Under the pieces are notes generated by a model. That model was not told where the DNA came from and did not search any database. It was given only the letters and a program-made list of their open reading frames with translations. From an uncultured Acidobacteriota bacterium (GTDB lineage Bacteria > Acidobacteriota > UBA6911 > RPQK01 > JAPXNP01): DNA of 64,000 nucleotides. Location of the stretch: assembly GCA_963777605.1 (NCBI GenBank), contig CAVZRV010000030.1, positions 320,001-384,000 of the forward strand, in the 5' to 3' direction. The translations under genes and the position numbers were made by a program. Shown one piece after another: positions 21,025 to 31,592 of this stretch. How positions within the stretch are numbered: the first letter of the stretch is position 1; each line of letters opens with the position of its first letter.

Positions 21025-21410
21025 GGCGCAGTCCAGCCCGGAGGGCGGAATGGAGTTGCCCAGGATGGAGCCGAAGGCGGAATCCTGGGTCTCCAGCTTA
21101 GCTCTATGCTTGAGTCCCGCTCTGCGGGACGACATGGCCGAATAGAATCCGTGTTGTTTCTACCGGGGAACGGAGGCAACGGAAGCTTTCGCTTCCTGAC
21201 CTCGGCCGCAGGTAAAACAGCGACTGGCAAAAGCGGAACCTGTCGATTCCGCACTCCAAATGGCGCAATTTTGGCTTGGATGAAGGCCGCCTTCATCCAG
21301 GCCAAGTCATGTAAGTATGTTCGGTGGGCAGCCTGCCCGCCGGAATCCGCGGCGCTCCATCCAAGAATCCCGATCACGCCACTCACATGCCGCAGCCGCA
21401 AGCCCCGGCA
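21025..21410. repeat. Mosaic of REP-like palindromes in the pntB-M14 intergenic region
   Basis: cccaggat..atcctggg, gtcccgc..gcgggac, ggaagc..gcttcc and a 17-bp near-perfect inverted repeat at 21271-21305. Confidence 0.6.
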
Positions 21411-21416
21411 CCACCG

Positions 21417-21451
21417 AAAAAAAGGGGGTGATCCCGCCAGGGAGCACCCCC
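21417..21451 (-). terminator. Intrinsic terminator of the M14 peptidase gene
   Basis: Minus strand gggggtgctccc-tggc-gggatcaccccc followed by T7. Confidence 0.8.
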
Positions 21452-21485
21452 CAATCACCCATCACAAATCATAGATCACAAATGT

Positions 21486-24146
21486 CTAGTGCGCCGGCCC
21501 GAAGAAGATCGCATTCATCAGGAGCAGGTGGTCGGCGACCACGAACCCACGGAAGGTCGGGTCTTCGGCGAAAGCAACCACGTTCCCACGGCCCATTCGC
21601 TCGTGCATGAGGTAGGCCTTCTCGCCCATCTGCTCGCGAGTCTCGTTCCAGGCAAAACCGCTCAGAAGCAGCTTGTCCGACGGGAAGTAGACACCCACGT
21701 TGGTACCCTGGTCCAACTTCAGCGGAGTGAAGATCCGGTTGCCTTCAACCAGGGCCGTCGTTTCGGCGTCGTAACCAAAGGCGAGCCAGTGCTCAGGATT
21801 GAGGCGGACCCGGACCAGGGCCCCGGGAATCGGCGCCGGGGCCTCGTCGGTCGGCTGGATCATTTCCTGGTAGGTTTCTTCGCCCTTCTTGTCACCCGCT
21901 TCTTTGGACTCGGACTTCTCAGTTGACTGCTTTCGCTCGGCCTTGGTCGAGAGCAGGCCGACCTTCTCACCGGCGAGCCACTGGCTGGCTCCGGCCAGGG
22001 AGATGAGCGTGCCGCCGGAACGGACCCAGTCCTTGATTCGGTTCACGCCTCGTTCACCCAGGGTTTGCGAATATCCGCCCCCCCACGGGGAAGCATCGGG
22101 AAGAACCAGGACGTTGAACTTGGAGAGGTCGGCCGAGCCAAGGTCGCTCGTGTGAAGCACCGTGACCGGGTAGTCGAAAAGCTGTTCGACGATGAAACGG
22201 GTGGCGCCGGCCGAGGCAGAACGGGTGGGAGCACTATAGGCAATCGCGACCAAAGGCTTGTGCAGGTAGGCCACATCATTACTGCCGAAGTTGATACCGT
22301 CGTCCACCCAGGCCGAGTTGGTGGGAACTACTTCGGCACCGGTCTCCGCGGCGATTTGAGCGAGAGTGGCGTGCAGATCCGAGGGGTTGTCCTTGCACTT
22401 GACGATCAATGTGCCGGCAGGGAACTCGCGACCGGAGAGGGTGAAAGACTTTCCTGCCGAGTAAACCCGGATCTTCTTCAGGAAGAGAGCAGAGAGCAGT
22501 CGGGCTGAGGCGCGACCGGTCCAGGGAACCATGTAGGCAAGTTCGGCGGTGCCCGGAGCCGGGGCAGCGAGGGTGATGGAATCTGCCGCAACGGGTACAG
22601 CCGCGGCTCCCGATTCTTTTGCCGACCGGTAGGCCTCTACGTCATAAAGAAGCGGGAGCGTCCATCCCGTTAAGTCGTAGAACTCGTCCCGCTCCCGCAG
22701 TTCCTGCCTGCGTTCCTGCTCGGCCAGGAAGTCCTTGGGCATGGGAACCTGCTGATCCAGCAGGTTGCGCACAAGACGGCCCGCGGGCTGGGCAGCAGAG
22801 ATGATGAAAGTTCCGGCCGGAAAATCCCGGGAGACCGCCGCAGTGTCCCGGTAACCGTGAAGACCGGAAACCGAAAATGCGTCGCGGGCTCGGAGAACCT
22901 GAATCCCCTGGCTGGCGAGATTCTTCATCAGCGCGTTGACTCGCCCGGTACCGGGATCGGGCGGAAACAGGTATTCACGAACATCACCCTTCTTTCCTTC
23001 TTCAATGGCCGATTTCCGGTTGGCTGCGAACGAATCCACGATGGCCTTACTGTTTCGAGCGGCCGTTTCCAGGGTCGCCAGAGACGACGTGAAGTGGTTG
23101 CGGACCGAGTCGCTGAACCGAAGGATGGTCTCGTCCTCCCTGCGCAGGGTCAGTCCGCGGACCGATGCCTCTTCGTAGGTCATGCCCACCGTTCCCTGGA
23201 ACATGGGCCAGTCTTCACCGTAGCCGGGATAGAAGGAGTCAAATACTTCCCGGGTGAAATAGTCGATACCCTGCTGGTCGAACCAACGCGCGTTGTTCTT
23301 ACCGAATTCGCTGAGCCAATGGACTTGGGATTCGGTGAGCCACGGGTTCAAGGGCTCGGCCGGGGGAGCAAAGTAATAGGTGGAGTCTCCGCCCATCTCG
23401 TGCAGATCGACGATGATCTGGGGATACCACTCCAGATAAACCTGGACCCGGCCCCGGGTCTCCGGCTGGGTGCGTCCGAACCAGTCTCGGTTCATGTCAA
23501 ACAGGTAGTGGTTGCTTCGACCGCCGGGCCACTCTTCGTTGTGTTCCGCGGCGTCGGGACTCGGATCGGGCCAGCGCCCCCGGGTTTGCCGAAAATACTG
23601 GACGAAACGAGTTCTCCCGTCCGGATTCTCGAGCGGGTCGATGATCACGACGCAGTCCTTCAGAATGGAATCCACCAGGCTGTCTCCCCGCGAGGCAGCC
23701 AGGTGATAGGCGACCAGCAGTGAGGCATTCGGGCTGGAGATCTCGTTCCCGTGGACACCGTACATCAGCCAGACGGTACAGGGAATATCCCCGGTCTGGC
23801 TGGATCCGCCCTCCGGGAATGCGAGTTGGTGGGTCGCCGCCTTGATCTGATCCATCCGGGCCAGGTTCTCCGGAGAAGATATGACCATGATGTAAAGGCT
23901 TCGGCCCTCCCAGGTCTTTCCATACTCCCTGAGTTCGACGACCGGAGAAGCGTCGGCAAGCCGGTGGAGATAGCGCTCGATCTCGCCATAACTCGAGACT
24001 TCCTCACCCCAGTCGTAGCCGACAACATCCTTCAGCGTCGGGATGTCGGGTGCGTATTTGGCTCCGGGGTAGTACTCGACTGCTTGTGCAGCGACGAGGG
24101 GGATCGACAGGCCCAACAACAGGACAGGAATCAGCAACCGCTTCAT
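21486..24146 (-). CDS. Secreted M14 zinc carboxypeptidase with C-terminal GATase-like domain
   Basis: Signal peptide; VHGNE, NPDGR, FDMNRDW, VDLHEMG. Confidence 0.9.
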   Translation of the reverse strand: MKRLLIPVLLLGLSIPLVAAQAVEYYPGAKYAPDIPTLKDVVGYDWGEEVSSYGEIERYLHRLADASPVVELREYGKTWEGRSLYIMVISSPENLARMDQIKAATHQLAFPEGGSSQTGDIPCTVWLMYGVHGNEISSPNASLLVAYHLAASRGDSLVDSILKDCVVIIDPLENPDGRTRFVQYFRQTRGRWPDPSPDAAEHNEEWPGGRSNHYLFDMNRDWFGRTQPETRGRVQVYLEWYPQIIVDLHEMGGDSTYYFAPPAEPLNPWLTESQVHWLSEFGKNNARWFDQQGIDYFTREVFDSFYPGYGEDWPMFQGTVGMTYEEASVRGLTLRREDETILRFSDSVRNHFTSSLATLETAARNSKAIVDSFAANRKSAIEEGKKGDVREYLFPPDPGTGRVNALMKNLASQGIQVLRARDAFSVSGLHGYRDTAAVSRDFPAGTFIISAAQPAGRLVRNLLDQQVPMPKDFLAEQERRQELRERDEFYDLTGWTLPLLYDVEAYRSAKESGAAAVPVAADSITLAAPAPGTAELAYMVPWTGRASARLLSALFLKKIRVYSAGKSFTLSGREFPAGTLIVKCKDNPSDLHATLAQIAAETGAEVVPTNSAWVDDGINFGSNDVAYLHKPLVAIAYSAPTRSASAGATRFIVEQLFDYPVTVLHTSDLGSADLSKFNVLVLPDASPWGGGYSQTLGERGVNRIKDWVRSGGTLISLAGASQWLAGEKVGLLSTKAERKQSTEKSESKEAGDKKGEETYQEMIQPTDEAPAPIPGALVRVRLNPEHWLAFGYDAETTALVEGNRIFTPLKLDQGTNVGVYFPSDKLLLSGFAWNETREQMGEKAYLMHERMGRGNVVAFAEDPTFRGFVVADHLLLMNAIFFGPAH

Positions 24147-24203
24147 GGAGTCTCCCTAGTTCTAAAAGTTTGTCTTCTAGAAAACCACGACACCGGAAAG
24201 CCG

Positions 24204-25212
24204 TCATCTGCGCGGATCCAGGACGGCCGCCCCGGAGATCTTACCATCTCGCAAACGGTTCAGCGCCTCATTGGCCGCCTCCAGCGGGAACTTTTCAATT
24301 GTCGCGTGCACCGGAACCTGCGGGGCGATTCCCATGAACTCATCACCATCCTTCCGGGTTAGGTTGGCGACCGACTCAATCCGGCGCTCGCCCCACAGGA
24401 TCTCGTATGGGAACTCCGGAATAGGGCTCATGTGAATGCCGCCGCAGACTACGATCCCTCCCTTTCGGACTGCACGCAGGGCGGCGGGGACGAGGGAGCC
24501 GACCGGGAGCGAAAATGATTGCGGCGTCCAGCTCTTCGGGAGGCGGTTGGTCGGAACCTTCCGCCCAAACTGCCCCGAGCTTCCGGGCAAACTCCTGGGC
24601 AGTCCCATCGCCGGGCCGCGTGAAGGCGTAAACTCTTCTCCCCTGGTGGATGGCCACCTGGGCGACGATATGGGCGGCCGCTCCAAATCCGTAAAGCCCG
24701 AGAGCCTCGGCATCCCCGGCTTTCTTGAGGGACCGGTAGCCGATCAGCCCGGCACATAGCAGGGGAGCCGCTTCCGCGGATTCGTATGCGTCGGGAATGG
24801 GCACGGCGAAGCGCTGGTCCGCTGCAGTGTACTCGGCATAGCCGCCATCGATGGTGTAGCCCGTGAAACGGGCCTGGTCGCAGAGGTTCTCGAGTCCCGA
24901 CCGGCAGTAGCGGCACTTGCCACAGGTCCAACCCATCCAGGGGATTCCAATCCTCTGACCTACCTCGAGGTTGGTCACCTCGGGTCCGGTTTGAACCACG
25001 GAGCCAACGATTTCGTGCCCGGGAATGAGCGGGACCTTGGGTTCGGGGAGTTCCCCATCTACTACGTGAAGATCCGTCCGGCAGACGGCACATGCATCAA
25101 TCCTGACGACAACCTGGCCGGCTCCGGCTTGAGGGATGGGAACCCGTTCCAGGCTCAGTGGCCGGGACGCATCCCTGAAGAGCATTGCTCGCATGGTTTG
25201 GTTGTCCGACAC
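24204..25212 (-). CDS. Zinc-dependent alcohol dehydrogenase (AdhP-like), frameshift near 24506
   Basis: CAVCRTDLH, GHE, CGKCRYC..ENLC, APLLCAG, GFGAAAH; IIFAP continues as VGSLVPAAL in ORF 24204..24713. Confidence 0.9.
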
Positions 25213-25363
25213 GACAGATCACTCCTTTCTCCGAATGACGATCAATCGTCAATGTTCTGGTAGACCAGGACGCAGGGATGCCATCTTATCCCCTTTGGAA
25301 CTTACTCTCCATTCGTCTTAGACTCCTGTGAGGCAGTTGGTCTGATAGAGGAAGAGAGGGTGA

Positions 25364-26509
25364 GTGCATCAGGGTTCGCTTCAATATATCGATGCCGCGA
25401 ACATCGACCGGGCACCTTGGCCGGACAGCCCTGAGGCGCAGAAGGCGGCGCGCTACCTGGCCCCGCTCATTCGCTACGGAGTAAGGCCTTACCTGCTCAA
25501 TGCATCGGTCGTTGTGAGCGCGCTTGTAATCGGCGCAAAGGTTGTTCCCGTTGTCGCTGCCGAGCCGCGGGAAGGGCAGACCAACTCCCTTTCGATTCTC
25601 AGCCACTACGTCGAGTATCCCAAGCGCGAACTGCACAAGCTTCGCTACCCGGTTCTCGCCTACCCAATAAGAATCGGCCTGGTTCTCCTGGGATGGATCA
25701 GCCGGCTTTTCGTTCTTGACCGCGTTGTCTACCTGAACAACTGGCTTTGGCCAACCAATCCACCGGTGGCTCTGAGCGAAGAGGAAATCGACCAGGTCCG
25801 AGACTTCCTCGTGGGCCGGTTTCCGGGGAGGGCGATCGTAGTGCGCTCGCTCAACCCCGCCGTGTGCGGGGAGCTTGTCGATCGCCTGTCCGGCGCCGGG
25901 TTTCGACTGATCAGGAGCCGCCGGATCTTTCTCCTCGACCCCTCCGATGAGCGCCTGAAGCGGAGCCGGGACTTAGCCAAGGATGAGAAGCTCCAACTGC
26001 GGGACCCGCTCCCCATCCGGACGCCTGATACGCTGTCCGAGGAGGAATCTCAACAGGTCGCAGAGATCTATCGGCAGCTCTACATCGAGAAGTATTCCGA
26101 GCTGAATGCGCAGTTCACTCCGGAGTACTTTCGAATTCTGGTAGAGAGCGGTGTGGTCGAAGTTCGCCTGATCGACTGTGACGGGAGGATCGCCTGCATA
26201 ACGGTCTGGGCGGAGCAGGACCGCAACATGACCGGCGTGATGATCGGATACGACATGTCGATTCCGCGATCACGTGGGTTGCTTCGCCGTGCCTTTCTGG
26301 CCAAGATCAAGGAGGCTCAGAGGACGGGCAGCCGGTTTAATATGAGTGCCGGCTCGGGCCGATTCAAGGTGAATCGGGGAGCGGTTCCCGTGACCGAGTA
26401 CGATGCCGTCTATTACTCCCACCTGAAGCTCGGAAAACGCATGGCGTGGAGCACGCTTCGTCTTCTGATGAATGTTTGGGAGAGGGTTGAGTTCCGGTTC
26501 TTTGGCTAA
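25364..26509 (+). CDS. GNAT/FemAB-like fold hypothetical acyltransferase
   Basis: YLNNWLWPTN, IVVRSLN, LYIEKYSELNAQFT, IGYD, NMSAGSGRFKVNRGA, EYDAVY resemble an uncharacterised GNAT family. Confidence 0.65.
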   Translation: MHQGSLQYIDAANIDRAPWPDSPEAQKAARYLAPLIRYGVRPYLLNASVVVSALVIGAKVVPVVAAEPREGQTNSLSILSHYVEYPKRELHKLRYPVLAYPIRIGLVLLGWISRLFVLDRVVYLNNWLWPTNPPVALSEEEIDQVRDFLVGRFPGRAIVVRSLNPAVCGELVDRLSGAGFRLIRSRRIFLLDPSDERLKRSRDLAKDEKLQLRDPLPIRTPDTLSEEESQQVAEIYRQLYIEKYSELNAQFTPEYFRILVESGVVEVRLIDCDGRIACITVWAEQDRNMTGVMIGYDMSIPRSRGLLRRAFLAKIKEAQRTGSRFNMSAGSGRFKVNRGAVPVTEYDAVYYSHLKLGKRMAWSTLRLLMNVWERVEFRFFG

Positions 26510-26539
26510 TCCGACCCGCTTTTTGGTAGACTTCGCCTC

Positions 26540-27931
26540 GTGGAAATCGATACCAATTCTAAACCGTGGTCGCCCAGTTCCTGGCAGGAAAGTCGGATAT
26601 CCCAGATCCCTGACTATCCGGACACTGCGATGCGGGACCGGGTGCTCCAGGAGTTGACCAAGCTTCCCCCTCTGGTTACCAGTTGGGAGGTTGAGGACCT
26701 CAAATCCCAGTTGGCGGATGCCGCGCTGGGCAAGCGCTTTCTTCTGCAGGGAGGGGATTGCTCGGAAAGCTTCGAGGACTGCAACTCCACTGTCATAGCC
26801 AACAAGCTCAAGATCCTGCTTCAGATGAGCCTGATCCTGGTGGTCGGCGGCAAGAAGCCGGTCATCCGGGTGGGAAGAATTGCGGGACAGTACGCTAAAC
26901 CCCGGTCTTCCGATCTGGAGTCGAAAGGACCCAAGAAGCTGCCGAGCTACCGCGGCGACCTGATCAACCGGTACGCGTTCACGGACCGGGACCGGGTTCC
27001 GAATCCGGAACTGATGCTCCGCGGGTATGAGCGATCCGCTCTGACTCTGAATTTCATACGCGGCCTGGTTGACGGCGGGTTTGCCGACCTTCATCATCCG
27101 GAGTACTGGGATATCGATTTCGTGGCTCACTCCCCCGAGTCGGCCGAGTACCGGCGCATTATGGAGTCGATTTCTCACGCGGTCGGGTTTCTCGAAACGA
27201 TCCTCGGTGGTCGGGTCGATGAATTCAAGCGGGTGGACTTCTTCACCAGCCACGAGGGTCTCCATCTTCCCTACGAACAGGCGCAGACCCGGCACGTCCC
27301 CCACCGAACGGGCTGGTATAACCTTGCCACCCATTTTCCCTGGATCGGAAATCGGACCCGGGAACTGGATGGGTCTCACATTGAGTTCTTCCGCGGCATC
27401 GCCAACCCGATCGCGGTCAAGATTTCGAAGATGCCTCCAGAAGAGCTTCTGAATTTGATCGAGATTCTCAGCCCCAGGAACGAGCCGGGACGGCTTACGT
27501 TGATCCACCGGTTCGGCGTGGACCGGGTTGAAGACGAGCTGCCACCGTTGGTCGAAGCAGTCCAGCGGCGTGGTCAGATGGTTCTCTGGTGTTGCGACCC
27601 GATGCATGGAAATACGGAGAAGACGGCCTCGGGAAAGAAGACCCGGAATTTCAGCAAGATTCTGAGGGAGTTGGAACAGGCTTTTCGGGTGCACCGGGAA
27701 ATGGGTTCCTACCTCGGGGGCGTCCACTTCGAGTTGACCGGCGAGAACGTGACCGAGTGCATCGGCGGCGCCAGGGGGCTTTCTGAGGGGGACCTCTCAC
27801 GGGCCTACCGGACCCAGGTCGATCCCCGGCTCAACTACGAGCAGGCGCTGGAGATGGCTCTACTGATCTCCCGACTGATGAGCCGAATGAACGGCGGCGA
27901 AAAGGAACCGAAGATCGGGTTGAAGGTGTAG
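26540..27931 (+). CDS. Class II DAHP synthase
   Basis: FLLQGGDCSESF, GRIAGQYAKPRS, SYRGD, TSHE, WIGNRTR, DPMHGNT, GGVHFELTG, DPRLN. Confidence 0.95.
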   Translation: MEIDTNSKPWSPSSWQESRISQIPDYPDTAMRDRVLQELTKLPPLVTSWEVEDLKSQLADAALGKRFLLQGGDCSESFEDCNSTVIANKLKILLQMSLILVVGGKKPVIRVGRIAGQYAKPRSSDLESKGPKKLPSYRGDLINRYAFTDRDRVPNPELMLRGYERSALTLNFIRGLVDGGFADLHHPEYWDIDFVAHSPESAEYRRIMESISHAVGFLETILGGRVDEFKRVDFFTSHEGLHLPYEQAQTRHVPHRTGWYNLATHFPWIGNRTRELDGSHIEFFRGIANPIAVKISKMPPEELLNLIEILSPRNEPGRLTLIHRFGVDRVEDELPPLVEAVQRRGQMVLWCCDPMHGNTEKTASGKKTRNFSKILRELEQAFRVHREMGSYLGGVHFELTGENVTECIGGARGLSEGDLSRAYRTQVDPRLNYEQALEMALLISRLMSRMNGGEKEPKIGLKV

Positions 27932-27979
27932 GGTTTCTGGTTCCTGGTTCCTGGTTCCTGGTTCCTGGTTTCGGGTTTC
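27931..27979. repeat. Heptamer tandem repeat, 7 units
   Basis: gggtttc (tggttcc)x4 tggtttc gggtttc. Confidence 0.85.
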
Positions 27980-28034
27980 ATTGGTAGCCGGGAACCCGCC
28001 GAGTCCCATGTCCTATGGGTCCCATTAACTACGC

Positions 28035-29825
28035 TTACTGCGCCGCGGCAAGCTCCTCGGCCTGCTGAATAAAATTCTCGATTTCGCGCAGCCCGAACTT
28101 CCAGAACTGAGGATCCCTCAGATCGACTCCCAACCGCGTGAGCAGGTTGTGGGGCCAGTCCGACCCACCGGCTTCCAGAACCGAGAGGTATCGGTCGGCA
28201 AAGCCTTCGGGTTCTTTCCGATAGATTGAATACAGGGCAAGGACAAGGAGTTCACCAAAGGCGTAGGCATAGACGTAGCCGGGCGTGTGAAGAAAGTGGG
28301 GGATGTAGCTCCACCAGATTGAATAGTGCCGGCCGAGCGTCACACTACCCTGGAACATCTCGTTCTGAGTCTCGTTCCAGAGGGTGCTGAACCGCTCTGA
28401 TGGAAGCTCCCCTTCCTCACGTCGCGCCTGGTGGATCCGCGCCTCGAAGCGATTCATGGCGACCTGGCGGAACACGGTGGCCGTCGTGTCGTCGATCTTG
28501 CCCACCAGCATGGCCAGGCGCCGGCGGTCGTCGGTCTCCAGTTCAAGCATCCGGCGGAAGACCAGCATCTCTCCGAAGACCGAGGCGGTTTCAGCGGTCG
28601 TCAGCGGGGTATTGCACTGCAGGCTTCCGCGGGCACGAGCCAGGTACTGGTGGATTCCGTGGCCCAGTTCGTGGGCAAGGGTCTGAACGTCGCGGCTGTT
28701 TCCCGTGAAATTCATGAGAATGTAAGGATGAACCTGCGGAACCGCACTGTGACTGAATGCTCCACCACGCTTGCCGGGCCGGATCGGGGCGTCGATCCAG
28801 TTCTCGCTGAAGAAGGGCTCTACGATCTCGGCCATCCGGGGCGAGAAGTGACCGTAAGCGGACGTGACGATCTCCCGGGCCTGCTGCCAGGTGTAATGGG
28901 AATCGCTCTCGAAAACCGGAGCGTAACGGTCGAAGTCCTGGAGTTCGTCGAGGCCGAGCAACCTCTTCTTGAGGGTGTAGTAACGCGCGACCAGGTCGAA
29001 TCGGCTCGATACCGCACTGACCAGCGCCTCCACGGACTCATCGCTGATTTCGTTCGAGAGGTTGCGGGCTGACAGCCAGTGAGGGTAGTTCCGGAGTCGG
29101 TCATCGGAGGCCTTCTCGCCCAGCAGGGTGTTGAAGATATAGGTGAGCGTCCGGAGCCTGCTTTGAAGCCCTTCGGTGAACGACTCAGCTGCACGTCGGC
29201 GAAGGGAACGGTCCTTTTCGTAGAGTTTCGAAAGGATTTCCTGTTCGGTTAGGCTCTCGCCGTCGAGTTTGAACCGGGCGGCTCCAAGGACTTCGTCAAA
29301 GAACCGTGTCCACGCGCCGACGCCTGTCACCGATTTTTCCGCGACGATCTTTTCTTCCGGCTCGGTCAGAACATGCCGCTTACGAAGAGCCAGAGTTTCC
29401 AGGAAGTGCGCGTAGTGCTGCAGTTCGGCCGACTCCCAGAGGGAAGGGCCACGTTCTGCTGCGACATCGATCAATTCGATGTCGAAAAAGATCAGCATTT
29501 GGGCGATTGCGGTGTACTGTTCCCTGACCTTCTGGAGGAGGGCGCCCCGGTGGGCATCCTCGGTGTCGGTGCTCCAGTTGAGGAATGCGTAAGTAAATGC
29601 CCGATCAAGGGTTCCCTGGCAGGATTCAAAACTTGCCAGAGACTCGCGCAGCTCCTCGGGCGACAGGTTTTCAATCTGGCCGCGGTACCGGGTGGCAAAT
29701 GCTTCAACCTGGGCGGCAACGTCTTCGAGGGCCTGGACCAGTTGCTCCTCGCTGCTATAGAGGTCGGAGAGGTTCCATGCCACATTTTCGGCACCGGTCT
29801 TGAATGGCTGCTTCGATTCAGTCAT
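28035..29825 (-). CDS. pepF: Oligoendopeptidase F (M3B)
   Basis: WNLSDLY, GKRGGAF, HPYILMN, TLAHELGHGIH, AETASVFGE, IPHF, YVYAYAFG. Confidence 0.93.
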   Translation of the reverse strand: MTESKQPFKTGAENVAWNLSDLYSSEEQLVQALEDVAAQVEAFATRYRGQIENLSPEELRESLASFESCQGTLDRAFTYAFLNWSTDTEDAHRGALLQKVREQYTAIAQMLIFFDIELIDVAAERGPSLWESAELQHYAHFLETLALRKRHVLTEPEEKIVAEKSVTGVGAWTRFFDEVLGAARFKLDGESLTEQEILSKLYEKDRSLRRRAAESFTEGLQSRLRTLTYIFNTLLGEKASDDRLRNYPHWLSARNLSNEISDESVEALVSAVSSRFDLVARYYTLKKRLLGLDELQDFDRYAPVFESDSHYTWQQAREIVTSAYGHFSPRMAEIVEPFFSENWIDAPIRPGKRGGAFSHSAVPQVHPYILMNFTGNSRDVQTLAHELGHGIHQYLARARGSLQCNTPLTTAETASVFGEMLVFRRMLELETDDRRRLAMLVGKIDDTTATVFRQVAMNRFEARIHQARREEGELPSERFSTLWNETQNEMFQGSVTLGRHYSIWWSYIPHFLHTPGYVYAYAFGELLVLALYSIYRKEPEGFADRYLSVLEAGGSDWPHNLLTRLGVDLRDPQFWKFGLREIENFIQQAEELAAAQ

Positions 29826-29885
29826 GGAAAGCAGTTTCTCAAACTCGGCCCCTGAGAGGAAGGAGGAACCTGCTTGGAAGCCGTC

Positions 29886-30170
29886 TCAAGAGGCGAGTCG
29901 GACGATAGTGGCACCCCATCCGGAAGAGTCCTGCGCCAGGCGAAAATCGATTACGCCGGGGGTCTTGCGGAGAATCGAGTGAACGCGCTCTCGGAGGACG
30001 CCGGTGCCTTTGCCGTGAATGATCCTGACATCGAGGATGCCTCGCTTCCGGCACTCTTCGAGGTAGTCCGGAACCAGGGTGCCTACTTCACGTGGAGCGA
30101 AGTTGTGCAGGTCCAGGATCCCGTCGATGGGGAATTCGACCGGTTCTTCCCCCCAGTCGTCCTCAGCCAT
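29886..30170 (-). CDS. Stand-alone Smr/MutS2 C-terminal domain protein
   Basis: LDLH, VRIIHGKGTGVLR, GWGATIVRL. Confidence 0.9.
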   Translation of the reverse strand: MAEDDWGEEPVEFPIDGILDLHNFAPREVGTLVPDYLEECRKRGILDVRIIHGKGTGVLRERVHSILRKTPGVIDFRLAQDSSGWGATIVRLAS

Positions 30171-30267
30171 GTGTCGATCCGAACCTCGAAGCTGCTAGTA
30201 TTCGGTCTGCAAGCATGCTCCAGATTGTGGCCGAGGTGAGCGCTCAAGACAAGAGAGGGATTGATCG

Positions 30268-31419
30268 ATGGTACCAACTTCAAAACGGATTGAAACTGAA
30301 GTGATTCATGGTGGGGACCAGAATGAACGGTACGGAGACGCCGTCGTGTTGCCCATCTTCCAGTCGGCCACCTTCCTGTATCGGGGGGAGACCTCCTATG
30401 AGGCACTCCGCTACATCCGACTCAACAACACGCCGAATCATGTCGTGCTGCAAAGTCGCCTCGCTCGACTGGAGGGAGGGGAATCGGCGCTGGTCACTGG
30501 CAGCGGAATGGCCGCGATCTCCGCGACTTTGCTCTCGGTCTTGAAGACGGGAGACCACCTCCTCGCTCAGCGGACTCTGTACGGAGGCACGTTGGATCTG
30601 CTGGCCAAGGATTTTCCGTCCCTCGGAATCGCCTTCGATGTGATCGATGTAGATGACCCCGAATCGTGGGAACCTTTGCTCCGGCCTACCACCCGTGCCA
30701 TCCTGGTCGAGGGTATCTCCAACCCGCTCGTGGAAATCGGAAATCTTCCGGCGGTGGCTGGTTTTGCCCGCGAACACGGGCTGGTCAGCCTGATCGACAA
30801 CACTTTTGCGACACCTGTGAACTTCCGGCCGCTCGAACATGGTTTCGATTTGGTCGTCCACAGTGCCACCAAGTACTTGAACGGACACTCCGACATCGTC
30901 GCGGGGGCTGTTATCGGCTCTGGAGACCGGGTGGCGGAGGCGAATCGAAAACTCCTTCACTTCGGTGGCTGCCTGGATCCTCACGCGTGCTTCCTGCTGG
31001 AAAGGGGGCTGAAGACGCTGGCGTTAAGAGTGCGGTACCAGAATGAAAGTGCCTCTCGAATTGCCGGCTTTCTGAGCAGTCATCCAAACGTCCGCCGCGT
31101 GTTCTACCCGGGGCTCGAGAACTGGGGGAACCCGGAAGGAAAAGCCCTCTTTTCGGGTTTCGGTGGGATGCTCAGCTTCGAGTTGCAGGGAGACTCGGAA
31201 AAGACCCGTGATTTTCTCTCCCGCCTCGAGATCCCGGTAGAAGCTCCCAGCCTTGGCGGGGTCGAAAGCCTGATGACACGGCCCTCGACGACCTCTCACT
31301 CGGGGCTTTCGCCCCAGGAAAGGGAAGCGTTGGGGATTCGAGACGGCCTGATTCGATTCTCGGTGGGGATCGAATCTACTGATGACCTGATCGAAGACCT
31401 TGACCGTGCGCTTCGGTGA
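30268..31419 (+). CDS. PLP-dependent Cys/Met metabolism enzyme (cystathionine gamma-synthase/lyase or methionine gamma-lyase)
   Basis: PIFQSATF, SGMAAI, YGGT, DNTFATP, HSATKYLNGHSD, SLGGVESL, RFSVGIE. Confidence 0.93.
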   Translation: MVPTSKRIETEVIHGGDQNERYGDAVVLPIFQSATFLYRGETSYEALRYIRLNNTPNHVVLQSRLARLEGGESALVTGSGMAAISATLLSVLKTGDHLLAQRTLYGGTLDLLAKDFPSLGIAFDVIDVDDPESWEPLLRPTTRAILVEGISNPLVEIGNLPAVAGFAREHGLVSLIDNTFATPVNFRPLEHGFDLVVHSATKYLNGHSDIVAGAVIGSGDRVAEANRKLLHFGGCLDPHACFLLERGLKTLALRVRYQNESASRIAGFLSSHPNVRRVFYPGLENWGNPEGKALFSGFGGMLSFELQGDSEKTRDFLSRLEIPVEAPSLGGVESLMTRPSTTSHSGLSPQEREALGIRDGLIRFSVGIESTDDLIEDLDRALR

Positions 31420-31432
31420 AGTGCCGAACTCC

Positions 31433-31567
31433 CAGCACTGGACTTCGAGTTACCCGGAGACCAATCACAACGTTGAGGGGATTCTCCCCGAAGCCGACGA
31501 GGCACTTTATCGGGCCAAGAACACGCGGCGGAACCAGGTCCTTGCGGCGCAGGGATTCCTTGTCTGA
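31433..31567 (+). pseudogene. Remnant of a GGDEF diguanylate cyclase C-terminus
   Basis: Intergenic frame reads SSYPETNHNVEGILPEADEALYRAKNTRRNQV, matching the SIGvAxyP...ADxALYxAKxxGRN tail of GGDEF domains; no start codon or N-terminal part. Confidence 0.6.
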
Positions 31568-31592
31568 AGTCTTGAGGGTATGATCATCGCCG

